A DNA stretch of 64,000 bases from an uncultured Actinomycetota bacterium (GTDB lineage: Bacteria; Actinomycetota; Actinomycetes; JACCUZ01): contig CAWIXB010000001.1 in the NCBI GenBank assembly GCA_963839955.1, positions 469,629 through 533,628 of the forward strand, written 5' to 3'. Position 1 is the stretch's first letter; each line of letters starts with the position of its first letter. This document shows positions 1-10,580 of the stretch, one piece after another. Under the pieces are notes generated by a model, which worked only from the letters and a program-made list of their open reading frames with translations, did no database searches and was not told the DNA's origin. The position numbers and the translations under genes are program-made.

Positions 1-2
1 CC

Positions 3-1124
3 GGCGTCGGCGACGCCACCCTCAACGGACGCGAGCTCGCGGTCGAGGCCTACCTGCGCGAGCATGTCGTCCCGCTGCTCATCGGCCGCGATCCGGCGCG
101 CATCGAGGACACCTGGCAGTACCTCTACCAGGGTGCCTACTGGCGACGCGGCCCGGTGACGATGAGCGCCATCGCCGCCGTCGACACGGCGCTCTGGGAC
201 ATCAAGGGCAAGGTGGCGGGCCTGCCCGTCTACCAGCTGCTGGGCGGACGTTCTCGCGACGGCGTCACCGTTTACGGCCACGCCAACGGCGAGACCGTCG
301 ACGCCGTGCTCGGCGAGGTCGCCCGCTTCGTGGGCCTGGGCTACCGCGCGGTGCGAGTGCAGACCGGCGTCCCGGGTCTGACCAAGACCTACGGCGTGAG
401 CAGCGACAAGATGTTCTACGAGCCGGCCGACGCGGCTCGCCCTACCGAGACCGTGTGGTCGACGCCGCGCTACCTCGCGCACGTCCCGGGTGTGTTCGCC
501 CGGGTGCGCGAGGAGTTCGGGCCGGAGCTGCGCCTGCTCCACGACGTGCACCATCGGCTCACCCCCATCGAGGCGGCGCGTCTGGGCAAGAGCCTCGAGC
601 CCCACGACCTGACGTGGATGGAAGACCCGGTGCGCGCTGAGCTGCAGGAGGGCTTCCGGCTCATCCGCGCACACACGACCACGCCGATCGCGGTGGGTGA
701 GGTCTTCAACAGCATCTGGGACTGCGCCACGCTTATCCGGGAACAGCTCATCGACTACATCCGCGCGAGTGTCGTGCACGCCGGCGGCATCACGCACCTG
801 CGGCGCATCTTCGATCTCGCGGCTCTGCACCACGTGCGCAGCGGCTCGCACGGTGCCACCGACCTCTCGCCCGTGTGCATGGCGGCGGCGCTGCACCTCG
901 ACGTCGCGATCCCGAACTTCGGTCTGCAGGAGTACATGCGCCACACGCCCGAGACCCAGGACGTGTTCCCGCACGGCTACCAGTTCGACGACGGCTACCT
1001 GCACCCGGCCGAGACGCCTGGGCTCGGGGTCGACATCGACGAGGAGGCGGCGGCGCGCTATCCCTACAACCCGGCGTACCTGCCGGTGAACCGGCTCGAG
1101 GACGGGACGCTGCAACCGTGGTGA
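3..1124 (+). CDS. manD: D-mannonate dehydratase / RspA-type enolase-superfamily dehydratase (5' truncated by window edge)
   Basis: Frame is open from base 3 ([14 protein letters not shown]...[25 protein letters not shown]). Contains [25 protein letters not shown] and a C-terminal PVNRLEDGT, all typical of the ManD/RspA subgroup. Confidence 0.88.
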   Translation, partial: GVGDATLNGRELAVEAYLREHVVPLLIGRDPARIEDTWQYLYQGAYWRRGPVTMSAIAAVDTALWDIKGKVAGLPVYQLLGGRSRDGVTVYGHANGETVDAVLGEVARFVGLGYRAVRVQTGVPGLTKTYGVSSDKMFYEPADAARPTETVWSTPRYLAHVPGVFARVREEFGPELRLLHDVHHRLTPIEAARLGKSLEPHDLTWMEDPVRAELQEGFRLIRAHTTTPIAVGEVFNSIWDCATLIREQLIDYIRASVVHAGGITHLRRIFDLAALHHVRSGSHGATDLSPVCMAAALHLDVAIPNFGLQEYMRHTPETQDVFPHGYQFDDGYLHPAETPGLGVDIDEEAAARYPYNPAYLPVNRLEDGTLQPW

Positions 1125-2077
1125 GTACCTCCGACGTCCTCGTGCTGGGCGAGGTGCTCGTCGAGCTCACGTCGCGGGAGCCGTTGCGCAACGGCGCCAC
1201 ACTGCGACTCTCCTTCTCCGGCGACGCGCTCAACGCCGCTGCCGCCTCCGCCGCCGCGGGCGCAGCGACGGCGCTCGTCGCGCGGGTGCCCGACGACGAC
1301 CTCGGCGACGACCTGGTGGCTCGGGCCGAGGCGCTCGGCGTCGACACGTCGCTCGTACGCCGGGTGCCGGGCCAGCACGGGCTCTACCTGCAGCACGCCG
1401 ATCCGTCCGGAGCGCGCGAGTTCGTGTACGCGCGGTCCGGCAGCGCAGGTTCGGGCCTGCACCCCGACGACGTGCCCGAGTCGGCGCTGACTTCCGCGCG
1501 CGCGGTGCTCGCCAGCGGCATCGCGTGTGCAGTGTCGGCGACGGCGCGCGCGGCCGTCGAGCGCGCCGCCTTGCTTGCCGACCTCTTCGTCTACGACCCG
1601 AACTGGCGTCCGCGGCTCGTAACTGCAGAGACGGCGGCCGAGCACCTGCGTGCCCTGGCGCCGCACGCGCGCCTGGTCACGCCGGCGTGGCCGCAGGAGG
1701 CAAAGGCACTGCTCGGCGCGGCGGACGCCGTGCCCGAGGACGCGGCGTCCGCAGCGAAGATCCTGCGCCACTGGGGCGCGGGCGCCGTGGCGGTCACGCT
1801 CGGCAGTGAGGGCGTGCTCGTCGACGACGCGGGCAGACTCACCCATGTGCCTGCTTTCGCGCCGGAGCGCCTGGTGGACCAGACAGGTGCCGGCGACGTG
1901 CTCGCGGGCACGGTGACTGCACGGCTTGCGCTCGGTGACCCACTGCTCGCGGCGGTGCGGCTCGGCGCCGCAGCCGCGTCGCTGTCGTTGCAGGGTGAGG
2001 GTGGCACCGGCCACCTTCCCACCCTCGCGGAGACGAGAAGGCTGACCGAGAGCAGAACCGAGGAGGCGACAAGATGA
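1121..2077 (+). CDS. PfkB-family sugar kinase, probable 2-keto-3-deoxygluconate kinase
   Basis: GTG overlaps the upstream TGA. Motifs [24 protein letters not shown] and the PfkB signature DQTGAGD; uronate-operon context. Confidence 0.8.
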   Translation: MSTSDVLVLGEVLVELTSREPLRNGATLRLSFSGDALNAAAASAAAGAATALVARVPDDDLGDDLVARAEALGVDTSLVRRVPGQHGLYLQHADPSGAREFVYARSGSAGSGLHPDDVPESALTSARAVLASGIACAVSATARAAVERAALLADLFVYDPNWRPRLVTAETAAEHLRALAPHARLVTPAWPQEAKALLGAADAVPEDAASAAKILRHWGAGAVAVTLGSEGVLVDDAGRLTHVPAFAPERLVDQTGAGDVLAGTVTARLALGDPLLAAVRLGAAAASLSLQGEGGTGHLPTLAETRRLTESRTEEATR

Positions 2078-3597
2078 GTCTGGTACGGCTGCACGACGGC
2101 GACGACGTGGCGATCGCGACCGTCGCCATGCCGGCGGGCTCCTCGGACCGCCCGCTCGGTGGCGACGAGGTGCGACTGGGTGCCGGCGTGCCCGCCGGTC
2201 ACAAGGTGGCACTGCGCGCCCTTCGGGAGGGCGACCTGGTGCGCAAGTACGGCCAGGTCATCGGCCGAGCGCTCACCGACATCGCGGTCGGCGACCACGT
2301 CCACTCGCACAACCTCGGCATGCCCGAGGACGCCGCGGCGCGCACGCCCAACCCGGCTGGGGAGGTCGTCCTTCCTGACCTGCCGGCCGACCTACGTCGC
2401 ACCTTCCAGGGCATCCGCCGCCCAGACGGCCGGGTGGCCACCCGCAACTTCATCGGCGTGCTCACCACAGTCAACTGCTCGGCCACCGTCGCGCGCAAGG
2501 TCGCGCGCATGACCGAGGACGAGGCCGCGGAGGTCGACGGTGTCGACGGTGTCGTCGCACTCACGCACGGCACCGGCTGTGGCATGGCGGCCGAGGGTGA
2601 GGGCTGGGACCTGTTGCGGCGCACGCTCGCCGGCTACGCGCGTCATCCCAACATCGGCGGACTCGTCGTCGTCGGTCTCGGTTGCGAGGTCAACGCGGTC
2701 GCCGGGTTCATGGGCGACCTCGGTGTGGCCGACCACGTGCCGGTCGCGTCGTACACGATCCAGGACCTCGGCGGCACGCGCACCGCGGTCGACAACGGCG
2801 TCGAGCTCGTGCGGGGCATGGTCGACCAGCTCGCCGGCACGGCGCGCACCGAGGTCGGCGTCGAGGAGATGGTGCTCGGCCTGCAGTGCGGAGGCTCGGA
2901 CGGCTGGTCAGGTCTGACCGCCAACCCCGCACTCGGTGTCGCGTCCGACCTGCTCGTCGCCGCCGGTGCGACGTCGGTGCTGGGGGAGACCCCCGAGGTC
3001 TACGGCGCGGAGCACCTGCTCGCCGCGCGCGCCGACGACCCCAAGGTCGCGGACGCGTTGATGGACCGCATCAGGTGGTGGGAGGAGTACACCCACGGCC
3101 AGGGCACGACCATCGACGGCAACCCGTCGCCGGGCAACAAGGAAGGCGGCATCACCACCATCCTCGAGAAGTCGCTGGGCGCGGTGGCGAAGGCCGGGCA
3201 CGGTCCGCTCTCGGCCGTGTGCAGCTACGCCGAGGACGTGCCGCGTCCGGGACTGGTGTTCATGGACACGCCCGGCTACGACCCCGTTTCCGTCACCGGC
3301 ATGGTCGCCGGCGGCGCCACGATGATCTGCTTCACGACCGGGCGCGGCTCGGTCTTCGGCAGCCGTCCCGTGCCCACGGTCAAGCTGGCCAGCAACGCCG
3401 AGATGGCGCGCCGCATGGTCGGCGACATCGATCTCGACTGCTCGCCGGTGATCGAGAACGACCTGCCGATGCACGAGATGGGCCGACAGGTCTACGACCT
3501 CCTGCTCGACGTCGCCTCCGGGCAGCTCAGCGCCAGCGAGGAGATGGGACTCGGCGGCGAGGAGATCGTGCCCTGGCAGCTCGGCGCGGTGCTGTGA
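2074..3597 (+). CDS. uxaA: UxaA/GarD-family dehydratase (altronate or galactarate dehydratase) with N-terminal SAF domain
   Basis: GHKVAL...KYGQVIG...HVHSHN, TVNCSATV, HGTGCG, GLGCE, LQCGGSDG, GNPSPGNKEGG, MDTPGYDP, FTTGRGS; ATGA overlap with the kinase gene. Confidence 0.85.
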   Translation: MSLVRLHDGDDVAIATVAMPAGSSDRPLGGDEVRLGAGVPAGHKVALRALREGDLVRKYGQVIGRALTDIAVGDHVHSHNLGMPEDAAARTPNPAGEVVLPDLPADLRRTFQGIRRPDGRVATRNFIGVLTTVNCSATVARKVARMTEDEAAEVDGVDGVVALTHGTGCGMAAEGEGWDLLRRTLAGYARHPNIGGLVVVGLGCEVNAVAGFMGDLGVADHVPVASYTIQDLGGTRTAVDNGVELVRGMVDQLAGTARTEVGVEEMVLGLQCGGSDGWSGLTANPALGVASDLLVAAGATSVLGETPEVYGAEHLLAARADDPKVADALMDRIRWWEEYTHGQGTTIDGNPSPGNKEGGITTILEKSLGAVAKAGHGPLSAVCSYAEDVPRPGLVFMDTPGYDPVSVTGMVAGGATMICFTTGRGSVFGSRPVPTVKLASNAEMARRMVGDIDLDCSPVIENDLPMHEMGRQVYDLLLDVASGQLSASEEMGLGGEEIVPWQLGAVL

Positions 3598-5078
3598 CGG
3601 CGGAGGCAACCCCCGTCTCGACCGGCACGCAACGACTGGGGCTCGGCGCGCTCGACCAGCTGCGGCGCGACGGCTCGTGGACACCACCGGCCGTCGACCC
3701 GCGTGCGGTCCGCGTGGGCGTCGTTCATCTCGGCCTCGGCGCCTTCGCCCGCGCGCACCAGGCGGTGCACACCGAGCTCGCGGCAGCCGCGACCGGCGAC
3801 GAGTCGTGGGGCATCGCCGGCGTCACTCAGCGCTCGGCGTCGGTGCGCGACCAGCTCGTCCCGCAGGACGGGCTCTACACCGTTCTCGAGCGCGGACCGG
3901 GTGCGACCCCGCTGCGCGTGGTTGGCAGCGTGCGCGACGTCGTCGACGGGTCCGGTTCGCCCGAGACCGTCGTCGCGCGGCTGGCCGACTCCGAGGTACG
4001 CCTGGTGACCCTCACGGTCACCGAGAAGGGCTACCGTCGCCGGGCCGACGGCGCGCTCGACCTGGCCGACACCGACGTCGCGGCCGACATCGCGGGCCGT
4101 CTGCCGGTCACCGTCGTCGGGCGCCTGGTGCGCGGGCTGCGGCGCAGGTACGACGAGTCACGGGCGCCCGTCACGGTGCTGTCCTGCGACAACCTCGTCG
4201 CGAACGGCACGGTGTTGCGTGACCTCGTCTCCGACTTCTGCGACGCCCTCCCGGCCGCGCGGTCCGCCGGTCTGCAGGAGTGGCTGGCCGAGTCGGTGCG
4301 GTTCCCGTCGTGCATGGTCGACCGCATCGTGCCGCGCACCACCGATGCCGATCGCGCGACCGTCCGTGACCTCCTGGGACTCGACGACCACGGCCTCGTG
4401 GTCACCGAGCCGTTCTCCCAGTGGGTGGTGGAGGACGACTTCGCGACGAGCCGGCCCGCGTGGGAGCGCGCGGGTGTGGTGCTCACCGACGACGTCGCTC
4501 CCTGGGAGACCGTCAAGCTGCGCACACTCAACTCGACTCACTCGTTGCTCGCCTACCTCGGCGCGCTGCGCGGCTACCGGACCATCGCCGAGGCCATGCA
4601 CGACGACGACCTGGTCGCCGCGGCGCAGGCCTTGATGGTCGACGACGTCGCGCCCACCCTGCAGGTGCCGGCCGGGCTCGACCTCGCCGACTACCAGCGT
4701 TCGGTCCTCGAGCGCTTCGCCAACCCGGCGCTGGCGCACACCACGACACAGGTGGCGATGGACGGATCGCAGAAGCTCCCGGTGCGCCTGCTCGGCACCG
4801 TGCGCGACCGGCTGGCCGAGGGCGCCGTGCCGCAGTGGGCCTCGCTGGCGGTGGCCGGCTGGATGGCGTACGTCGTCCGCTGCTGTGCCGACGGCGGGCC
4901 CGGTGGACTCGACGACCCGCTGGCCGTGCGTCTCTGCGCGGCGGTGGACAGCGCGACCGCAGCGGCCGACATCGTCGACCGCCTCCTCGGGATTCCCGAG
5001 GTCTTCGGTACGGACCTGGCCGACGAGGGTGGCCTGCGGGCAGTCCTGGTAGACCACGTTCAGCGACTGACCGGCTGA
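3594..5078 (+). CDS. Mannitol-dehydrogenase-family oxidoreductase (fructuronate reductase, UxuB-like)
   Basis: GTGA overlap start. Motifs VHLGLGAFARAHQA, LTVTEKGY, LSCDNL, MVDRIVP, EPFSQWVVED, KLRTLN, AMDGSQKLP. Confidence 0.88.
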   Translation: MTAEATPVSTGTQRLGLGALDQLRRDGSWTPPAVDPRAVRVGVVHLGLGAFARAHQAVHTELAAAATGDESWGIAGVTQRSASVRDQLVPQDGLYTVLERGPGATPLRVVGSVRDVVDGSGSPETVVARLADSEVRLVTLTVTEKGYRRRADGALDLADTDVAADIAGRLPVTVVGRLVRGLRRRYDESRAPVTVLSCDNLVANGTVLRDLVSDFCDALPAARSAGLQEWLAESVRFPSCMVDRIVPRTTDADRATVRDLLGLDDHGLVVTEPFSQWVVEDDFATSRPAWERAGVVLTDDVAPWETVKLRTLNSTHSLLAYLGALRGYRTIAEAMHDDDLVAAAQALMVDDVAPTLQVPAGLDLADYQRSVLERFANPALAHTTTQVAMDGSQKLPVRLLGTVRDRLAEGAVPQWASLAVAGWMAYVVRCCADGGPGGLDDPLAVRLCAAVDSATAAADIVDRLLGIPEVFGTDLADEGGLRAVLVDHVQRLTG

Positions 5079-5103
5079 GCCGGCAATAGCCGGCTCAGCC
5101 GGT
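5070..5103. terminator. Perfect 15-bp inverted repeat over the reductase stop codon; likely terminator between convergent genes
   Basis: ACCGGCTGAGCCGGC-AATA-GCCGGCTCAGCCGGT, read directly from the sequence. Confidence 0.6.
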
Positions 5104-5283
5104 AGACATCAAGCGCTGCGACGCTGCGCGGTGCACCGCAGGTCAGGGGGTCGGCACGATGAAACGAGTTTCATCGGGCGCTGGTTGTCCACCGCCGACG
5201 TCTCCGCGGAAACGTCCTCACCTACGGCGGCCTAGCGGACGTCGTGCGCCATCAGGTTTTCAGGACCAGAGTTCGAGAGACAG

Positions 5284-6936
5284 TCAGCTGGCGTCGAGGG
5301 ACGGGAGGTCGTCGGCGTCGACGATCCGGTAGGCGTAGCCCTGCTCGGCGAGGAAGCGCTGCCGGTGGGCGGCGTACTCCTGGTCGAGCGTGTCGCGCGC
5401 GGTCACGGCGTAGAAGCGCGCGGACCGGCCGTCGGCCTTCGGGCGCAGCACCCGGCCCAGCCGTTGCGCCTCTTCCTGGCGTGACCCGAAGGTCCCCGAC
5501 ACCTGGATGGCCACCGTGGCCTCGGGCAGGTCGATGGAGAAGTTCGCGACCTTCGAGACGACGAGCAACGAGATCTCGCCGGAGCGGAAGGCGTCGTAGA
5601 GCCGCTCGCGTTCCTTCACGGTCGTCTCGCCCTTGATGACCGGCGCGTCGAGCCGAACGCCTAGGTCGTCGAGCTGGTCGAGGTACTGCCCGATGACGAG
5701 CATCTGCTCGCTACGGTGTCGCTCGACGAGCCCCAGCACGACGCGGGTCTTCGTCGGCGACGACGACGCGAAGCGGTAGCGGTCCTCCGGCTCGGCGGTG
5801 GCGTAGGCCAGCCGCTCGGAGTCGGTGAGGGTCACCCGCACCTCGACGCAGTCGGCGGGCGCGATGTAGCCCTGCGTCTCGATGTCCTTCCACGGAGCGT
5901 CATAGCGCTTCGGTCCGATCAGCGAGAAGACGTCGCCCTCACGGCCGTCCTCACGCACCAGCGTCGCGGTGAGCCCGAGCCGGCGGCGGGCCTGGAGATC
6001 GGCGGTCATCCGGAAGATCGGCGCAGGCAGCAAGTGCACCTCGTCGTAGATGACGAGCCCCCAGTCGCGCGCGTCGAGCAGCTCGAGGTGGCGGTAGACG
6101 CCCTTCCGTCGCGTCGTCATCACCTGGTACGTCGCGATGGTGACCGGCCGGATCTCCTTGCGCGCGCCGGAGTACTCACCTATCTCGTCCTCGGTGAGCG
6201 AGGTCCGCTTCAGCAGCTCGTGACGCCACTGCCGCGCGGCGACGGTGTTGGTCACCAGGATGAGGGTGGTGGCCTGTGCGCGCGCCATCGCCGCCGTGCC
6301 GACGATCGTCTTTCCCGCGCCGCAGGGCAGCACCACGACGCCGGAGCCGCCGTGCCAGAAACCCTCGACCGCCTCCGACTGGTAGGGCCGCATCATCCAG
6401 TCGTCCTGGACCAGCGTGATCGCGTGGGCCTCGCCGTCGACGTAGCCCGCCAGGTCCTCCGCGGGCCACCCGAGCTTGAGCAGGATCTGCTTGAGGTGGC
6501 CGCGCTCGGACGGGTGGACGACGAGGGTGTCAGGGTCGACGCGCGCGCCGACGAGGGGCTGCACCTTCTTGGCCCGCACGACCTCTTCGAGGACAGCACG
6601 GTCGCTGGTGACCAGGACGAGGCCGTGGACGGGGTGCTTCTCCAGCCGGAGCCGGCCGTAGCGCGCCATCGTCTCCGCCACGTCGACCAGCAGGGTGTGC
6701 GGCACGGCGTAGCGGCTGTACTTGAGCAGCACGTCGACGACCTGCTCGGCGTCGTGGCCCGCCGCACGCGCGTTCCACAGGCCCAGCGGGGTCAGCCGGT
6801 AGGTGTGGACGTGCTCTGGTGAGCGCTCGAGCTCGGCGAACGGGGCGATCTCGCGCCGGCACTCCGTGGCCTGCTCGTGGTCGACCTCGAGGAGAAGGGT
6901 CTTGTCGGACTGGACGATGAGAGGGCCGTCGGTCAC
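5284..6936 (-). CDS. DNA repair helicase XPB (ERCC3/Rad25 family, SF2)
   Basis: Start (V)TDGPLIVQSDKTLLLE is typical of actinobacterial XPB. Walker A LPCGAGKT, DEVH box, GLTAT, motif VI QRLGRVLR. Confidence 0.93.
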   Translation of the reverse strand: MTDGPLIVQSDKTLLLEVDHEQATECRREIAPFAELERSPEHVHTYRLTPLGLWNARAAGHDAEQVVDVLLKYSRYAVPHTLLVDVAETMARYGRLRLEKHPVHGLVLVTSDRAVLEEVVRAKKVQPLVGARVDPDTLVVHPSERGHLKQILLKLGWPAEDLAGYVDGEAHAITLVQDDWMMRPYQSEAVEGFWHGGSGVVVLPCGAGKTIVGTAAMARAQATTLILVTNTVAARQWRHELLKRTSLTEDEIGEYSGARKEIRPVTIATYQVMTTRRKGVYRHLELLDARDWGLVIYDEVHLLPAPIFRMTADLQARRRLGLTATLVREDGREGDVFSLIGPKRYDAPWKDIETQGYIAPADCVEVRVTLTDSERLAYATAEPEDRYRFASSSPTKTRVVLGLVERHRSEQMLVIGQYLDQLDDLGVRLDAPVIKGETTVKERERLYDAFRSGEISLLVVSKVANFSIDLPEATVAIQVSGTFGSRQEEAQRLGRVLRPKADGRSARFYAVTARDTLDQEYAAHRQRFLAEQGYAYRIVDADDLPSLDAS

Positions 6937-7000
6937 AGTCCAGTGTCCCTCATCTGGATACCCTGGCGCGAACGGGGCTTTGCGGCGGAACGGAGCAAGC

Positions 7001-8035
7001 GTGGCGTCTGATCGGCCCGTGTTCGTGATGGGCTGCCCGAGGTCTGGCACCACCCTGGTGACGCTCATGCTGCACGCGCACTCGCGGATCGCGATGCCTC
7101 CCGAGACGCGTTTCCTGCTCGACGTCTACCGCCGTAGGGGGGAGTTCGGCGACCTGACAGTGCGCGCCAACCGGCGACGGCTCGCCAAGGCCATCGTCCG
7201 CAACAGGGGCAACAGGTTCCTGCACCTCGGCCTCGAGCGGCTTCCGGTACGCAAGGCGATCGTGCGAGGGGCGCCTACCGTGGGGTCGGCGCTGGGCACC
7301 GTCTTCCGGTCCTACGCCGCGAGGTTCGGCAAGCCGCGGTGGGGCGACAAGCTGCCGACTTACTTCCGCAACGTCGAGGCTATCCGGGCCATGTTCCCCG
7401 ACGCGCAGTTCGTTCACGTCGTCCGCGACGGACGTGACTGCGTCGCCTCCCTCAAGACGATGACGTGGTGGCAGCGGCGGGCCGACTCCGTCGACGCGAT
7501 GGCCCTGTGGGTGCACTCCGTCGACTGTGTACGGCGGGCGGCCAAATCCCTGCCGTCGGACGCCTTGTGGGAGCTGCGCTACGAGGACCTGGTGGTCGAT
7601 CCGGAGCGCGAGCTTCGCGCGTTGTGCGACTTCCTCGGCGAGGAGTTCGAGGAGGACATGCTCACCCCGCGTCGCGTCGTCGAGCAGTCGCTGCCGACCC
7701 GTGAGCGGGAGGGCTGGCACGCCAACACGCTCAACGACGTCAGTGCGTCCCGGGTGGGCGGGCATCGCGAGGTGCTCGATCCCTGGGAGCTGCGGCTGAT
7801 GGAGCGGGTGGCCGGGTCCAGGATGCGCCGCCTCGGCTACGACGTCGTGCCGGCGCAGGGGCGGCCCCCGTTCTGGCAATGGCTGCGCTATGCCGTCAAG
7901 CTCACCTCGCTGCGCATTCGTACGAGGGTGCTGGCTCACAAGGACCGCAAGGTGGCCCGGCCGCCTGGGTCGATGGCCGACCGCGGGCGGCGGGTCCGGG
8001 CTGCCAAGAAGGCGCAAGCACCCAGGGCCACTTAG
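7001..8035 (+). CDS. PAPS-dependent sulfotransferase family protein (Sulfotransfer_3-like)
   Basis: GGAG then GTG at 7001. 5'-PSB loop GCPRSGTT, PPET, WGDKLP, 3'-PB RDGRDCVAS, RYEDLVVDP. Confidence 0.85.
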   Translation: MASDRPVFVMGCPRSGTTLVTLMLHAHSRIAMPPETRFLLDVYRRRGEFGDLTVRANRRRLAKAIVRNRGNRFLHLGLERLPVRKAIVRGAPTVGSALGTVFRSYAARFGKPRWGDKLPTYFRNVEAIRAMFPDAQFVHVVRDGRDCVASLKTMTWWQRRADSVDAMALWVHSVDCVRRAAKSLPSDALWELRYEDLVVDPERELRALCDFLGEEFEEDMLTPRRVVEQSLPTREREGWHANTLNDVSASRVGGHREVLDPWELRLMERVAGSRMRRLGYDVVPAQGRPPFWQWLRYAVKLTSLRIRTRVLAHKDRKVARPPGSMADRGRRVRAAKKAQAPRAT

Positions 8036-8048
8036 AACCAGGGCCCAC

Positions 8049-10427
8049 CTAGGACACCGGCTCGTCCACCTCCGAGACGCCCGTGATGCGATGCACGGCG
8101 AACGTGCGCACCTCGTCGCGCAGATGGTCGAACGCGCTCACGTAACCGCCGTCGACGCTGATCGGCTCGATGACGCGGTTGCTGGCGTGGCCTTCGGCGC
8201 TCACGTAGCCGATGTAGAGCGGGGTGCGCCCGACCGCGGCCTGGCTCAGCATCGCCAGGATGTCGACCGTCGGTCGCCGCAACGGCCGGCCACTGCGGCC
8301 GGCGTCGCCCCCACCGGACCGGGCGCCTGCCAGGGCGCGGTCGCCGACACGCAACGCGCGCACGGCCGCCGCGAGCATGGCGGGCCTCGGGCTCGTCTGC
8401 TCCGCCACCAGGCGTGGCGGACGGCGAAGAGTGGTGGCCCGCCGCGCGTCGGGCCGGCGCACGACGACGTCGCCTGCCGGTCCTTCCGCCGCGGGAGCGA
8501 AACCCATCTCCCGCAGGCGGGCGAGCACCGTCTCCGCTGTCGCGTCGGCCGCCAGGACGGTGTCGGTCAGTCGCCGCAGCCGCAGACTGGCGGCGCGCTT
8601 GTCGGCCACGATCTCGCTCAGGGTCGCTCCGTCGTCGCAGCGCACGTAGGACGAGGCGGCGCCGACCCGGATGCGCCCGTGGCGGCGCGCGACGTCCTCG
8701 ACGAGGTAGGTCAGCGGCTGGGGGACGGGAGTGCTCGAGTGCCGGCCCAGCAGGTCGAGCAGCTCGGCAGCCGTCCAGCCGGCGTCGAGCGCCCGGCGTA
8801 CAGAGTGCGGGCTGAACCGGTAGACGGTGGCGCCGCCGGTTGACTCCACATCGGCGAGCAGGCGCAGGAGGCGAGCCAGCTCGGCCGCCAGCGGACCGGG
8901 GGCGACGGCGGTGAGGTCGGCCTGCAGGAGGACCTGGTCGAGCGGCGCGGGGAGCAGCGTGGCCATGAGGCGTGTGGCACCTGACGCGTCACCGGCGAGG
9001 AGGAGCCGTCCGGGTGCAGGCATCGCCCCGCGGCCGGTGACCCCGAGAGCCTCGGCCTCGCGCAGGGTCCAGCCGACCAGGTCGTCGCGCAGGTGGGGGG
9101 AGCGGCGCGGCGCGTGCCACCTCAGCCGCGCCACGAGCGACTCCGCGGTCGGCGCGGCATCGGCGACGGCGGCCACGGCATCGAGGACCGTCTTCCTGAC
9201 CTGGGGCGCGGCGATGCGGTCCAGCCCTGGCCCGAGGGGCGCAAGCACCCGGTCACGGTCGTCACGCCGGCCCGCCAGGCCCGCGACGCGGGTGGTCGGC
9301 AGCCAGGCGTCGACGAGGTCGAGCCACCGATCGGCCGGTGCCTTGCCCAGCCACCGGTCATAGGCCGTGGTCGGCAGCCACACCTCGTCCGGTTCCTCGG
9401 CCGCCGACACCAGGCCGCCGGCGTGCGCGGTCTCCACCAGCAGGGCGAGCAGGTGTTCGTCGACCTCGAGGGCGGACGCCGTCCGCGTCCGGTCGCGGAC
9501 CCCGAGCCCGCCGGCCCGCAGGATCCGCGGCGGATCGTTGCCCCAGAGCTCGAGGAGGTCCTCGACCAGGCGTACGGCGTCCAGGGCGGCCGCTGCGGCG
9601 GTGCGGTCGACGTCACCTGCGGCTCGGCGCACGAGCTCGAGGGCGGGCGGCTCCGGGATCGGGCGTTCGTGCACGCGGCCGCCGCGCAGGTGCAGGCCAA
9701 CCTCGCGGGGCAGGACCACGGTGTCCCCGTCGGCGGCCACCAGCAGGCCGCGCGCCAGCAACCACTCGACCGGTGTCCGGGCGGTGTCGGTGTCCACCTC
9801 GCGGTGGGCGCGTCCGAGCCGGCCCACCGCGGGGCCCCAGGTCATGGTCGCCAGTGCGTCTCGCGCCTCGGCCGGCGCGTCGGCAAGCAGCCCGTCGACC
9901 CACGAGCGGTCGGCGAGCCGGGCGGCGACCTCCGCCGCCGCGGCCACAGGGTCGCCGGTCGGGCCGAGCCCCAGGTCGGTCAGCAACCGCTCGAGACGGG
10001 CCGGGCCGTAGCTGCGCAGTGCCTCCTCGGCCGGGGGACCCAGCCCAGCCGGTGCGCCGACGATCTCGCGGACCGCGCGGACGACGAACAGTTGGTCGCC
10101 GTCGTCGTCGGCGCCGAAGACCAGACCCGCGGCGTGCAGGGTTGCGAGCGGCCGGTCGGGATCGGCGCCGAGCAGCCGGCGTACGTCCTCGCGACGCAGC
10201 GGGTCCGACAGGGCGCAGATCACCTCGACGACCTGCACCGTGAACTGGTCGAGCTGATCGAGCGCGCGCTGCACCGAGGACCGCGTCGTTGCGCGGGCCG
10301 CCAATGACACGAGATCAGCCGGCACCGGGTTGAGCAGGTCGGGCCGGGCGAGCAGCATCGACGCCAACGCGTCGTCGTCGCGTGCGCGCAGGTCCTCGGT
10401 GAGGCTGCGGGGTCGGTCGCCAGGCAT
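8049..10427 (-). CDS. XPB-associated protein with helicase-associated (Helicase_C_3-like) domain and C-terminal WYL-like domain (Rv0862c-like)
   Basis: LLARPDL near the N-terminus; LQADLTAVAPGPL, ES-GGATVYRF, SVRRALDAG, PVPQPLTYLV; C-terminal IGYV...RVIEP...RTFAVHRI. Near XPB, as in other actinobacteria. Confidence 0.85.
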   Translation of the reverse strand: MPGDRPRSLTEDLRARDDDALASMLLARPDLLNPVPADLVSLAARATTRSSVQRALDQLDQFTVQVVEVICALSDPLRREDVRRLLGADPDRPLATLHAAGLVFGADDDGDQLFVVRAVREIVGAPAGLGPPAEEALRSYGPARLERLLTDLGLGPTGDPVAAAAEVAARLADRSWVDGLLADAPAEARDALATMTWGPAVGRLGRAHREVDTDTARTPVEWLLARGLLVAADGDTVVLPREVGLHLRGGRVHERPIPEPPALELVRRAAGDVDRTAAAAALDAVRLVEDLLELWGNDPPRILRAGGLGVRDRTRTASALEVDEHLLALLVETAHAGGLVSAAEEPDEVWLPTTAYDRWLGKAPADRWLDLVDAWLPTTRVAGLAGRRDDRDRVLAPLGPGLDRIAAPQVRKTVLDAVAAVADAAPTAESLVARLRWHAPRRSPHLRDDLVGWTLREAEALGVTGRGAMPAPGRLLLAGDASGATRLMATLLPAPLDQVLLQADLTAVAPGPLAAELARLLRLLADVESTGGATVYRFSPHSVRRALDAGWTAAELLDLLGRHSSTPVPQPLTYLVEDVARRHGRIRVGAASSYVRCDDGATLSEIVADKRAASLRLRRLTDTVLAADATAETVLARLREMGFAPAAEGPAGDVVVRRPDARRATTLRRPPRLVAEQTSPRPAMLAAAVRALRVGDRALAGARSGGGDAGRSGRPLRRPTVDILAMLSQAAVGRTPLYIGYVSAEGHASNRVIEPISVDGGYVSAFDHLRDEVRTFAVHRITGVSEVDEPVS

Positions 10428-10580
10428 CTGACCAATCATCCTCCGTCCTCGCCCTGGGCCGGACCTGGCGCCAGGAGCCGCTGGTCGATTCTGCCGGTAT
10501 GTGACCGCTCCGCTACGATGCTTCGCTTGCGCCAGCGGCTCAGCGCTGAGCGTGACAGCCGTCGAGGAGGTGTCGAACTG

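Noticed and set aside
2682-3593. N-terminal extension of the 798-aa ORF
   Set aside because: It overlaps uxaA out of frame. The real reductase starts at the GTGA overlap at 3594.
5284-10427. XPB + WYL-like protein as an anti-phage defence system
   Set aside because: This pair is part of the conserved actinobacterial backbone (with Csp, DUF3027, serC), and no nuclease or methylase cargo is adjacent.
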